A stretch of 64,000 nucleotides of DNA from Thermoplasmata archaeon. GTDB taxonomy: Archaea; Thermoplasmatota; Thermoplasmata; Lutacidiplasmatales; UBA184. The notes beneath the pieces are model-generated. The model had not been told where the DNA came from and ran no database searches. It worked only from the letters and a program-made list of their open reading frames with translations. Every line of letters begins with the position of its first letter. Within the stretch, counting starts at the first letter, position 1. Below are positions 55,146 through 64,000 of this stretch, piece after piece. Made by a program: the position numbers and the translations under genes. The stretch covers positions 108,684 through 172,683 of the forward strand of contig JAKBSJ010000002.1 of assembly GCA_021844945.1 (NCBI GenBank). Reading direction: 5' to 3'.

Positions 55146-55616
55146 TCAGGTCCGGCTCCGTCGCTTTCGGGGAGGCGCGGCGATGCGGGTCGGTGCTCGG
55201 CGCCGGTGGCCGGGACGACGGCGTACCGTTCCGAAGAACTCGAGCCAGACGTTGTCCGGGTCTCGAACGTAGACGACGCGCTGTGTGCCCTCGGTGAAAT
55301 CGAGCGCCAACGGGATGTGACGCCGGCGAAGGAAACGGAGCCATGCCTCCAGGTCGGGCGCGTAGAAACCGACATGGTCGAGCTCCGTACCCACGCGGAA
55401 CGGTTCGTAGTAAGGGTTGGATCGAGGGTAGTAGTTCAGTTCGAGCCGGTGCGCTTGGCCCGGATAGACGAGCTGGACGAAGATGCCGCCGTGCTCCATC
55501 TTTCCCCGGAAGCGCTCGCGGAAGCCGAGGGAGCGATAGAACCGTAACGACCGCGCGATGTCTCGGACCCGGATCCCGGTGTAGAGCAGGCGCGGGCCCT
55601 TGCGTCGACTCGGCAC
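55146..55616 (-). CDS. VOC/glyoxalase family protein
   Basis: GIRVRDIARSLRFY, LELNY, LDHVGF and YVRDPDNVWLE motifs. Confidence 0.88.
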   Translation of the reverse strand: MPSRRKGPRLLYTGIRVRDIARSLRFYRSLGFRERFRGKMEHGGIFVQLVYPGQAHRLELNYYPRSNPYYEPFRVGTELDHVGFYAPDLEAWLRFLRRRHIPLALDFTEGTQRVVYVRDPDNVWLEFFGTVRRRPGHRRRAPTRIAAPPRKRRSRT

Positions 55617-55719
55617 TTCACCGGGCAGGGCCCTAAGTCACTTAACGGTCTCTGGACACGCCCGATCTGCGGTGGCCAATGCTTTGCCTCCGCCCACGCC
55701 CCGGGTGGGGTCGTCTCTC

Positions 55720-56244
55720 TTAGCCCTGCTTCGCGGGAGCCGGAGCGACGGTGTACTCCTCGGTCCACTTGGTCGCGAGCTCGTCCCGTCGCGGCTTGTA
55801 GACTTGAGAGAAGAACCGGCTACGCGAGCCCAAGGTCTCCTCATCGAACCCTGCGATGATCTCCTGCGCCTCACGCCACGCCGAGCGGAAGTTGCGCTCG
55901 GTCCCGAAGCGCGCCGCGACCTGGCGGTCGAAATCCGCTTTCGTCTGGATCTCCCCTCCGATCGTGAACCGGGGTTCCGAACTCGCCGGATCGCGATAGG
56001 CCATCTCGTCGCCGAGATAGTACGTGGATTCCTGCTTCGCCTCGGGCCGAGCCTCGTGAGGACCTTGTTCGCCCGGACCCGAGCGAAATCCCCGCTTCGC
56101 CGCCGCGTAGAATATCGCTCGGTTCAATCCCCACGAGAACGCCGACTCATCGGGTAGGCCGAGCCGCTTGGCGCGGGCCGCTTGGAGGATCGCCATCACC
56201 GCGAATCGGCCGATACGAAGTGGCCGCTTCGCGCGCGCGCCCAT
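55720..56244 (-). CDS. Conserved hypothetical protein
   Basis: IGRFAVMAILQAARA...SWGLNRAIFYAAAKRG...VYKPRRD looks like a conserved archaeal family. No function recognised. Confidence 0.7.
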   Translation of the reverse strand: MGARAKRPLRIGRFAVMAILQAARAKRLGLPDESAFSWGLNRAIFYAAAKRGFRSGPGEQGPHEARPEAKQESTYYLGDEMAYRDPASSEPRFTIGGEIQTKADFDRQVAARFGTERNFRSAWREAQEIIAGFDEETLGSRSRFFSQVYKPRRDELATKWTEEYTVAPAPAKQG

Positions 56245-56367
56245 CCTCCCCAACCGCGCTCGAGAAGAGCGCTCGCCCGCATCAACTCTCTCATTTCCTA
56301 GCTCGCCGCCACCTTCGAGAGAATGGCCGGCGGCCGTTGGCATGGGACCCGGGCCGCGGGTGGAACG

Positions 56368-57171
56368 CTACGTTCGGTCCTCGACGAGGAGTCCGGAGAT
56401 TCTCCGGCGAACGCTCGCGTGCCGCTTCGCTTCCGCTAGATAGGCTCGTTGGTGGCGAGACCGCCAAGAGGTTCGATAGGTCCATCGACCCGGATAACGG
56501 ACCTCCCATAGAACGAGGGAATCCGCCGGCGCGAGCGGGAGGGTGAGCGGTCGACGCCCCGAGGCGGCATCCTGGAGTTCGTCGAGCGAGCGTCGTCCCT
56601 CCGCGCACTCGGTCATCCCGGCCACGAGCTTGCGGATCATGCCCCATACGAAGGACCGGGCGCGCACCTGGAGCCAAGCCCCGTCCGCGCCCGTGCGGAC
56701 GCGGAGGAGGTCGATCTCGCGGAACGCCGGCCCTTCCGCACGGATTCCGCGTCCGAACGTACGGGTGTCGACCTCGCGCGGGAGCCGGTTCGCGATCGCT
56801 CCCAACCGGCGATTGCTCGCAGGCGACCCGAGGAGCAGGTAGCGATACTCGCGCCACAGTGCCTGCCGTACACGAAACCCTTCCGAGACCGGTCGAGCGG
56901 CGCCGAAGTAAATGTCGGGAGCGAGTCCATTGAGCGCGCGCAACAGCGAGGAGGCGGGCAAATCCGAGCGTAGGACCAGCGCGTTCCTGCGCGCGCTCAC
57001 GCCGGCGTCGGTCCGACTCGCGACCTCGATCCCGGCCTCGTCCAGATCCCGAACGAGACGGTGACGCGCGACTCCATCCCGAACGACCCCTTCGACGGTA
57101 CGCCGCCCGGGTTGCCGCGCCCAACCGGCGAACCCCTCTCCGTCGTACCCGAAGCGGACCAGCCAGCGCAT
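56368..57171 (-). CDS. truA: tRNA pseudouridine(38-40) synthase
   Basis: YDGEGFAGWARQP, SRTDAGVSA, REYRY and SFVWGMIRKLV motifs. Confidence 0.9.
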   Translation of the reverse strand: MRWLVRFGYDGEGFAGWARQPGRRTVEGVVRDGVARHRLVRDLDEAGIEVASRTDAGVSARRNALVLRSDLPASSLLRALNGLAPDIYFGAARPVSEGFRVRQALWREYRYLLLGSPASNRRLGAIANRLPREVDTRTFGRGIRAEGPAFREIDLLRVRTGADGAWLQVRARSFVWGMIRKLVAGMTECAEGRRSLDELQDAASGRRPLTLPLAPADSLVLWEVRYPGRWTYRTSWRSRHQRAYLAEAKRHASVRRRISGLLVEDRT

Positions 57172-57186
57172 GGCTCCGACGCCGAC

Positions 57187-58551
57187 CTATGCCGGCGAGC
57201 TCGCCCCGCTCCGGGTCCCGGAGGAGACCTGCTCGTCCGCGACCTTCAGGGCCGCGTCGAGCGCTTCGAGGCCCCGGTCGAGCTCGTCCCGGCGGACGAT
57301 CAGGGGGGGCGCGATCACGAGGTGGGAAACCCAGCTGATGCAATAGACGCCCTGCTTCATCATCGCCTGGGCGACCATGTCCGCGACAAGCGGCTTCCCC
57401 GCGATTTTGTCGTCCTCGGTGTTGAACGGCTCCTTCGTCGCGCGATCGCGAACGAGCTCGACCGCCGCGAAGAGGCCCATGCCTCGAACGTCCCCTACGG
57501 CCGGGTGACGCCCCTGGATCTCTCGGAGCCGGGAAAGGAGGTACTCCCCGTCCTTCCGGGACTTGGCCATCAGGTCGAGCCGGCGATATTCGTCGATCGC
57601 CGCGACGGCCGGAGCGAGGGTCACCGGGTGGGCTTCGTAGGTGTGGCCATGAGGGAAGTACCGATCGAGGAAGACATCGTGGATCGCGGCGCTCGTGGCC
57701 GTAAGGCCGAGCGGGATCGCGGCCCCGGTAATCCCCTTCGCGGTCGTCAGGATGTCGGGGACGACGTTCCAATGCTGGACCGCGAACCACTCGCCGACGC
57801 GCCCCCAGGCGCTCATCACCTCGTCCGCGATCAACAGCACGTCGTTCCTCTTCGTGATCTTCCGGATCCTCGGGAGATACTCCGGTACCGGCACCAGCAC
57901 GCCGTTGGTGCCGACGACCGGCTCCACGATCATGGCGGCGACGTCGCCCTCCTTGCGGATCTGTTCGTCCACCACGTCCGCGCACGCGACATGGCACGAG
58001 GGGTAGGTGAGGCCGAAGGGACAGCGGTAGCAGTAGCAGTCCGGGGCGAAGACCGTTCCCGGGACCTTCTGGTGGCGTTCGATCACCCGGCGGCGGAGCT
58101 CTCCCGTCACACTGATCGATGCGGCGGTCGCGCCATGGTAGGAACGAAACCGCGAGATGATCTTGGATCGGTGGGTGACCGCTCGGGCGATCTTGAGGGC
58201 GGCCTCGTTCGCTTCCGTCCCGGAGGTGCTGAAGAAGAAGTGGTCCAGGCCCGGGGGAACGATCTCTCGAAGCTTCTGACTCAGCTCCGCGCGCGCCGGG
58301 GAAGCCATGCCCGGCGCCAGGTAGTCAAGCGTGCGCGCTTGCTCCGCGATCGCGGCGCTGATCCGAGGGTTCGCGTGACCCAGGTTCGTCGCGACGAGCT
58401 GGCTGGAAAAGTCAAGATACTCGCGCCCGTCGGCGTCCCAGAACTTGCAGCCCTCCGCCCGCGTGACCAGGAGCGGGTTCCAGCCCCCCTGTCGCCGCCA
58501 CGTGACGTAGTTCGTCTCGCGGACGACACGCCGCTGTTCCTCCGGGTCCAT
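57187..58551 (-). CDS. Class III PLP aminotransferase
   Basis: SGTEANEAALK, SYHGAT, LIADEVMSAWGR and DILTTAKG motifs. Confidence 0.93.
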   Translation of the reverse strand: MDPEEQRRVVRETNYVTWRRQGGWNPLLVTRAEGCKFWDADGREYLDFSSQLVATNLGHANPRISAAIAEQARTLDYLAPGMASPARAELSQKLREIVPPGLDHFFFSTSGTEANEAALKIARAVTHRSKIISRFRSYHGATAASISVTGELRRRVIERHQKVPGTVFAPDCYCYRCPFGLTYPSCHVACADVVDEQIRKEGDVAAMIVEPVVGTNGVLVPVPEYLPRIRKITKRNDVLLIADEVMSAWGRVGEWFAVQHWNVVPDILTTAKGITGAAIPLGLTATSAAIHDVFLDRYFPHGHTYEAHPVTLAPAVAAIDEYRRLDLMAKSRKDGEYLLSRLREIQGRHPAVGDVRGMGLFAAVELVRDRATKEPFNTEDDKIAGKPLVADMVAQAMMKQGVYCISWVSHLVIAPPLIVRRDELDRGLEALDAALKVADEQVSSGTRSGASSPA

Positions 58552-58767
58552 TGCCCCCCGAGGGAACCGCACCTGATAACGGCCTTGTCGGGCTCACACA
58601 CGGGGCTCGACGTGGTTCCCGCGATGCGAATTTCGCTGCGATCGATCCCGGCACCACCTATCGCAGGCCGCCGCGCCCGAACCCTCCTCTTTCGCGGCTC
58701 CGTTCGCGGAGTGGATCGATCCCTCGGGCGGTGTATTGAGGGGGCGGATGGACTTGTTGCGTGGCGG

Positions 58768-59421
58768 CTAGGAGGTCTGCTCCGACGTAGGAGCGGGGGA
58801 CCTCCGCCGCGGCTTGCGGGGGGCCGGAGGATCCGCGTCCGCCCCGGCTGCTGGGGACGCGTCCGGTGGGGGTGCCGCTACCGTCGCCGTGCGTTGCAAG
58901 AGGTCCCGGAATGTGTCGAAGTAGCGCAGGTACGGATCCGCGCGACGCATCAGCTCAAGTTCTCCGAGCGCAATCTCGTACTGGGCCTTCGCGGTAGCGT
59001 CGCCCGAGGCCGCGCGCAGCGCATAGACACACAGGACCTGGTAGTGCGGCAGGGCGAAAGCGTCGGGCCGAGGAGTGCTCATGTCCCCCTTGCGAGGGCG
59101 GTGGATACGTTCGATCGGGACCTTCTCGGCGACCGCCCTGCGGTGGGAGAAGCCGAAGTACTTCCCCGGACCGAGGATTCGGGTCGCCTCGCGAACGTTG
59201 CCTCCGAGCGCGAGCGTGATCCGATCGCACTCGTGCCAAAGCCAAAGACCGAAACCATAGTCCCCTTCCTGATACGCGGCCCAGGCACGCTCGTATAGGC
59301 GGCGCTCCTTTTCCTCCGGAGACCACTCGGGGAGGAGCTCCGCGCGCCAATCGGAGATGTAGATATCGACCCGCTGTGTGGGAGAGATCGTACGGAACTC
59401 CGGAACGTCGCGATCGACCAT
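58768..59421 (-). CDS. Hypothetical protein
   Basis: 217-aa ORF with aromatic-rich, protein-like composition, co-oriented with its neighbours. Confidence 0.6.
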   Translation of the reverse strand: MVDRDVPEFRTISPTQRVDIYISDWRAELLPEWSPEEKERRLYERAWAAYQEGDYGFGLWLWHECDRITLALGGNVREATRILGPGKYFGFSHRRAVAEKVPIERIHRPRKGDMSTPRPDAFALPHYQVLCVYALRAASGDATAKAQYEIALGELELMRRADPYLRYFDTFRDLLQRTATVAAPPPDASPAAGADADPPAPRKPRRRSPAPTSEQTS

Positions 59422-59466
59422 CGACCCGCCCTCGCCCTGGGAGGATAGACCGTTTTCGGCCTCGGG

Positions 59467-59637
59467 TCAGGAACGGACCTCGAGCGGCGGAACCCGGCTC
59501 GGCGGCCGATGAGCGCGAAGCGGATCGAGGGCTCCGGCGGTAGCCGGCGCCGCGCCGATGGGGATCCTTCGAACGATACGCGATATTTTCCCGAAGTCCT
59601 CCTCCGTCGCCCCAGGACCGCGAGACTTGGGAACCAT
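59467..59637 (-). CDS. Possible 56-aa small protein
   Basis: MVPKSRGPGATEEDFGKISRIVRRIPIG...; lies directly after a palindrome. Confidence 0.3.
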   Translation of the reverse strand: MVPKSRGPGATEEDFGKISRIVRRIPIGAAPATAGALDPLRAHRPPSRVPPLEVRS

Positions 59638-59653
59638 GTGAGGGGCCACGACG

Positions 59654-59676
59654 CCGCTTGAGGCCGCCTCAAGCGG
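59654..59676. promoter_or_regulatory. Perfect 11-1-11 palindrome (operator or hairpin)
   Basis: CCGCTTGAGGC-C-GCCTCAAGCGG. Confidence 0.45.
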
Positions 59677-59953
59677 GGCGTGGAGCGTTATCGCCACGTT
59701 CTTGAACGGCACCCGTCGGGCTATTTCGTGGATCCGGCCCCCCAGCCGAAAGGGACGACTCAGAACACCCGAGTGCCCCGCCGCAGGTTCGCTTCGGCCC
59801 AATCTACCGCGATCGGGTGTGCCCTCAGGGAGAGTTCCTTCGAACACTCGTCCCACTCCCGGCGTTCGAGGATTGCGTCAAGGTACGGCGGGCCCCGGAG
59901 AGCTTCGGAGCAGGGCACGCTCGGAAGATGCGCGGCTCGCAGGGCGGAGTTGC

Positions 59954-61516
59954 CTACTTCGGGTGGACGCGCACCCCGCCCACCCAGGTCTCCCGGACTC
60001 CCGAGCCTCCCACCTCCATGGCCCGTTCCAGGGATGGGGCTGCGCACCGGACGAAATCGGCAGGTCGACCCGGGGCGATCGTTCCCAGTGCTCGAAATCC
60101 GATCGCCCGAGCTCCTTCGATGGTGTACATCTTAAGGGCTACTTCCGGGGTAACGGCTTCGGCCGGGGCGGGGTTCGCCGAGCGACCACCGAGGTCGGTA
60201 CGGCGTCCCGCGACGCTCATTCCCCGCCAAGGGTCGAGAGCATCGAACGGAGCATCGCTCGATCCAGCGAGGCGACATCCCGCAGCCAACAGGCTCGCGA
60301 AGGGGTAGGCCCACCGGGCCCGATCGGGTCCCAGACGATGGGCAAGCCAGTGGTCGCTGGCGATGAAAATGGGTTGAACGACGAGCGCGGCTCCCGATGG
60401 GGCGATCTCGCGGCCGAGATCGGGAGGTACCAGTCCCGCGTGCTCGATCCGTCCGATAGGTCGATCCGGATTCGGACGGGCCTGCTGCAGGGCCCGGAAC
60501 GCTTCCGCGACCGCTCGATCCCCGAGCGCGTGAACGGCCGGAGTGAGCCCGATCCGATGCGCGCGGGCAAAGACGGGGACCAGGAAATCGCGGGGATGAA
60601 CGGGCATGCCGGACGTGGAGGGGTCATCCGAGTACGGCTCGGCGAGCCACGCCGTTCGCGTGCCGAACGCACCGTCCATGAAGGCCTTCACACCGGCCAC
60701 GCGCAGTCGTTCGGTCGGAGCCACGAGGCCGGCGACCGCGGAGTCCGATAGGTGGTCGAACCACTCTAGGTTCAGGTAGCATGCGACCCGCACCGGTAGC
60801 CCGGAGCCGATCGACGCCGCCGTCAGTGCCGAGAGTTCGGCCGGGTCGGAGTTCATGGTGCCGACCGCAGTGATCCCGAGCGCAGCGAGGCGGCGGAACT
60901 GACGGACAAGAGACGCTGGATCGGCGAGCACGACCTCGTGCGCCAGCTTCGTCGTCGGACCGAGGGCGGTCTCGAGAAGGCGGCCGTTCGGTTCTCCGTC
61001 CCGGTCACGACCGATCCGCCCCCCGACCGGGTCGGGAGTGGTCCGATCGATGCCCAGCTGTTGCATCGCCGCAGAGTTCACTACCGCGGCATGACCCGAC
61101 GCATGGTAGAGGATCACCGGACGGTCCCCGTCGACCGCGTCTAGGTCATTCCGTGTCGGCCAGTCGTTCTCCCCCGCGTTCGGGGTGCTCCAGCCCCGAC
61201 CCACGATGGGGCCGTTCGGATGGGCGGAGGACCACCGGCGCGTCCGCTCGATCAGCTCGGGGAGGGACGCTGCTCCGGTGAGCTCGACCCCGCTCTCCTG
61301 CACCGCCATCTCGGCGAGATGCAGATGGGCGTCGATCAGGCCGGGGACGACCAGATCTCCCCGGAGATCGTGGATCTCCGCCCCTTTCGGTCGGTCCCGC
61401 TCGATCTCGTCGTTCGATCCTACGGCGACGAACTCGCCTCGCTCAACGAGGATCGCTTCGGCGTACCCGGCACCGGTGAATACGTGGCCCCCGCGGAAGA
61501 GATGGGCATCGGACAT
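59954..61516 (-). CDS. YtcJ-like amidohydrolase
   Basis: PGLIDAHLH, KAFMDGAFGTRTA, HALGDRA, RIEH and SSDAP motifs. Confidence 0.9.
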   Translation of the reverse strand: MSDAHLFRGGHVFTGAGYAEAILVERGEFVAVGSNDEIERDRPKGAEIHDLRGDLVVPGLIDAHLHLAEMAVQESGVELTGAASLPELIERTRRWSSAHPNGPIVGRGWSTPNAGENDWPTRNDLDAVDGDRPVILYHASGHAAVVNSAAMQQLGIDRTTPDPVGGRIGRDRDGEPNGRLLETALGPTTKLAHEVVLADPASLVRQFRRLAALGITAVGTMNSDPAELSALTAASIGSGLPVRVACYLNLEWFDHLSDSAVAGLVAPTERLRVAGVKAFMDGAFGTRTAWLAEPYSDDPSTSGMPVHPRDFLVPVFARAHRIGLTPAVHALGDRAVAEAFRALQQARPNPDRPIGRIEHAGLVPPDLGREIAPSGAALVVQPIFIASDHWLAHRLGPDRARWAYPFASLLAAGCRLAGSSDAPFDALDPWRGMSVAGRRTDLGGRSANPAPAEAVTPEVALKMYTIEGARAIGFRALGTIAPGRPADFVRCAAPSLERAMEVGGSGVRETWVGGVRVHPK

Positions 61517-61579
61517 GCCGGGTGGGAGGATCGTAGGCCAGGGAGCCCTTGAGCCCGCGCCCGTCCGGAACGGGTCGGT

Positions 61580-63043
61580 CTAGACGTCGAGGTACGCGTA
61601 GAACTCGTATGGGTGCGGCCGTAGGTTCAGCTGGAGCTGCTCGTTCCGCTTGATCTCGGTGTACGTCTCGAGGAGCGAGGAGGCGAACGCCGGCTTCAGG
61701 AACTCGCAATCGGACTCGAAGCAATCGAGCGCTTCCCCGAGCGATCCGGGGAGCTCGCGGATCCCGAGTTCCCGGCGCTTCGCCGGCGCGAGCTTGTAGA
61801 TGTCCTGATCGACCGGCGCGGGAGGCTCCATCTTCTTCTTGATCCCGTCCAAGCCCGCGAGCGCCAGGGCCGCCTCGGTGAGGTAGATGTTGGCCGCGGA
61901 GTCGGGCGTGCGGTACTCGATGCGTTTCGCCTCCGGATGTCCGCGTTGATAGGCAGGGATCCGGACGTTCGCCGAGCGATTGCCGCGGCTCCAGGCGATG
62001 AACACGGGTGCCTCGTATCCGGGGACCAATCTCCGGTAGGAGTTCGTGATCGGGTTCGTGATCGCGCAGAGGGAACGCGCGTGTTCGAGGAGTCCCCCGA
62101 CGTAGTATCGGCAGGTCTGGCTCACCTCGGCGTAGGCGTCGTTCGCATCGTAGAAGGCGTTCGTGTCCTTCTGCCAGAGCGATTGGTTCGTGTGCATCCC
62201 GATGCCGTTGTCGCCGTAAACGGGTTTGGGCATCAGAACCGCGGTCTTCCCGTGCCGCCGGGCCACGTTCTTGATGACGTACCGTACGTCCTGGATGTGA
62301 TCGGCCGTTGGGACGAGCTCGTCGAAGCGGACGTTGAGCTCCCCTTGGCCCGCGGTGGAGACCTCGTGGTGGTGGGCATCCATCACGATGTGGAAATCGT
62401 CGGTGAGGGTGTTCGCCATCTCCGCCCTCAGGGCAATGTCGGTGTCGTGAGGACTGGAGCGGTGATACCCTTCCTTGAACCGTATCGGAGACTGGAGGGC
62501 CCCGGTCTGCCACGGAGCCTCGCCGTGGTTGATCAGGTACCCGGATCCACTCCAGGCATCGCGCACCCCCTGCATCGAGGGGACCAGCTCGACCGAGTCG
62601 AAGACGAAGAACTCGACTTCGGGCCCCCAATACGACTTGTCGTAGCCGGCGCTCGCAAGGACCCCCTCGGTCTTGCGAGCCACGAACCGCGGATCGTGGG
62701 CGTAACCTTCCTTGGTCCCACCGATGCGGACGTCGCAGATGAACCGGACCGTACCGCCCGCCTCCGGGTTCCACGGAATCCGCGCGAGGGTGCGCGCGTC
62801 CGGGACCAGGAGCATGTCCGAGTCGTAGATCTGGCGGAAGCCTCGGACCGAAGAACCGTCGAGCTTCGGGACGCCGGACGAGAACGACTCGGCGTCAAGG
62901 GTATGGAGCGGGACGTCAACCTGGTTGAAACCGCCCAAAACGTCGGTATAGAACAGCTCGACCCAGCGGATCCCTTCGGTCCGCAGCTCGTCCAGGATCT
63001 TCTGTGCGTCTGCGCGCTCGGCAGGCCCCTTGCTCGATGTCAA
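61580..63043 (-). CDS. glnA: Glutamine synthetase type I
   Basis: DGSSVRGF, HHHEVSTAGQGE, MPKPVYGDNGIGMH, RLVPGYEAP and RIEYRTPD motifs; TTG start with GGGGGAG RBS. Confidence 0.97.
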   Translation of the reverse strand: MTSSKGPAERADAQKILDELRTEGIRWVELFYTDVLGGFNQVDVPLHTLDAESFSSGVPKLDGSSVRGFRQIYDSDMLLVPDARTLARIPWNPEAGGTVRFICDVRIGGTKEGYAHDPRFVARKTEGVLASAGYDKSYWGPEVEFFVFDSVELVPSMQGVRDAWSGSGYLINHGEAPWQTGALQSPIRFKEGYHRSSPHDTDIALRAEMANTLTDDFHIVMDAHHHEVSTAGQGELNVRFDELVPTADHIQDVRYVIKNVARRHGKTAVLMPKPVYGDNGIGMHTNQSLWQKDTNAFYDANDAYAEVSQTCRYYVGGLLEHARSLCAITNPITNSYRRLVPGYEAPVFIAWSRGNRSANVRIPAYQRGHPEAKRIEYRTPDSAANIYLTEAALALAGLDGIKKKMEPPAPVDQDIYKLAPAKRRELGIRELPGSLGEALDCFESDCEFLKPAFASSLLETYTEIKRNEQLQLNLRPHPYEFYAYLDV

Positions 63044-63128
63044 TGATACTCCCCCAAGGTAGGGACCGGAATGGAGTACATCAACCCGCTCCCTTCAAAA
63101 CTGGATGTATGTCCAATTCGATGGTGAA

Positions 63129-63143
63129 TAGAATTATCTTCTA
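63129..63143. promoter_or_regulatory. Lrp-type binding site in the divergent glnA/lrp promoter region
   Basis: TAGAA-TTATC-TTCTA is a 5-5-5 palindrome in the AT-rich intergenic region. Confidence 0.5.
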
Positions 63144-63161
63144 ATCCTACATAGAGCGAAC

Positions 63162-63689
63162 ATGGGACGAACGTCCACGCTCGACGAGCTCGACCGCTCC
63201 ATCCTTGAGGAACTGAACATCGATGCTCGACGCAGTCACCGCGAGATTGCCCATCGGCTGAAGGTTTCCCCCACGACCATCAGCGCGCGGATCGATCGGC
63301 TGGAACGCCAAGGGGTGATCCGGGGGTACGTTCCCATCCTCGACGACGAGCAGCTCGGATGGGATCTTTGGGCCACGATTGGCATCCGGATCTCCAAGGG
63401 CCGGCTGCGGGAGGTTGAGGAACTCCTCGCTCGAGACCCTCATGCCTACGCCATCTACGACCTCACGGGGGAGTACGACGCCCTCTTGATCGGACGGTTC
63501 CGGGACCGTCGGGACCTCGATCGGTTCGTCAAACACGCCCTCCAGAACCCGCACGTCGAACGAACGAACACCCAAGTCGTGCTAAACCGGGTCAAGGATG
63601 ATCGGCGGGTCCCGGTGTCGCTCCGGAGTTCCTCCCGAGGAGACCTACCTCCGACCCGGGCTCCCGGGATGGCCCCCGTCAGCACCTAA
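63162..63689 (+). CDS. Lrp/AsnC family transcriptional regulator
   Basis: LDELDRSILEELNIDARRSHREIA HTH, RLERQGVIRGY and YDLTGEYD motifs. Confidence 0.93.
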   Translation: MGRTSTLDELDRSILEELNIDARRSHREIAHRLKVSPTTISARIDRLERQGVIRGYVPILDDEQLGWDLWATIGIRISKGRLREVEELLARDPHAYAIYDLTGEYDALLIGRFRDRRDLDRFVKHALQNPHVERTNTQVVLNRVKDDRRVPVSLRSSSRGDLPPTRAPGMAPVST

Positions 63690-63730
63690 TAAGGCCGGGT
63701 TCCCTGCGTATCCCTAGGGAGGGAGGTACC

Positions 63731-64000
63731 ATGGACTGGGGCTTGGAGAACCGAATCCGTCGAATGTTCCCCGTGGCGAGTGGAAACTCGGTGATGTTGG
63801 CCGTCGATCACGGCTACTTCATGGGGCCGACGCGACGCTTGGAGAACGCCAAGGCCACGATCGCCCCGCTACTTCCGCACGCCGACGCGCTCGCGCTGAC
63901 GCGAGGGATCCTGCGTTCGAGCGTGCCCCCGGCTTCCACCACCCCGATCGTGCTCCGCGTCTCGGGGGGCGCCACGATCCTGAAAGAAGACCTCTCCCAC
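63731..64000 (+). CDS. lsrF: LsrF-like class I aldolase/thiolase, 5' part; runs off the window
   Basis: MDWGLENRIRRMF...VMLAVDHGYFMGPT...LTRGILRSSV...IVLRVSGG; GGAGGT RBS. Confidence 0.8.
   Translation, partial: MDWGLENRIRRMFPVASGNSVMLAVDHGYFMGPTRRLENAKATIAPLLPHADALALTRGILRSSVPPASTTPIVLRVSGGATILKEDLSH

Overview
64-kb, GC-rich archaeal chromosomal segment. It carries rps3ae, fibrillarin, intron-containing tRNA-Tyr and tRNA-Met, leaderless TATA promoters and FTETGLP-type surface-protein domains. A soil or peat Thermoplasmata lineage is my inference and is not verified. Most of it is housekeeping and metabolism: rpiA, amt, pyrH, adk, truA, glnA, Hps-RraA fusion, msrA, ABC transporters and four tRNAs. 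Six loci stand out. (1) A chromosomal four-component T4SS-like operon at 42.5-46.9 kb (VirB2-like pilin, VirB6-like, PrgI/VirB3-like, VirB4-like) has no relaxase, coupling protein or integrase. It resembles a Ced/Ted-type DNA-transfer system outside the Crenarchaeota. (2) A type IV pilus operon with two ATPases lies at 12.5-18.4 kb. Loci 1 and 2 each have an orphan beta-class DNA methyltransferase at or near their end. (3) A compact BoxB/BoxC-like pair, with a possible split BoxA (ferredoxin + FNR) in an ETF-fusion operon that also holds a catalytically dead HNH-like protein. (4) A 1.5-kb att-bounded relic at tRNA-Gly keeps a wHTH/RelE-like pair and a broken integrase. (5) A SAMP/MoaD, beta-propeller and inactive M29 peptidase cluster. 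(6) Two single-base frameshifts (osmC-like, virB4-like) may be assembly errors. No rRNA or CRISPR array was seen. All family calls come from motif recognition by eye, without database searches.
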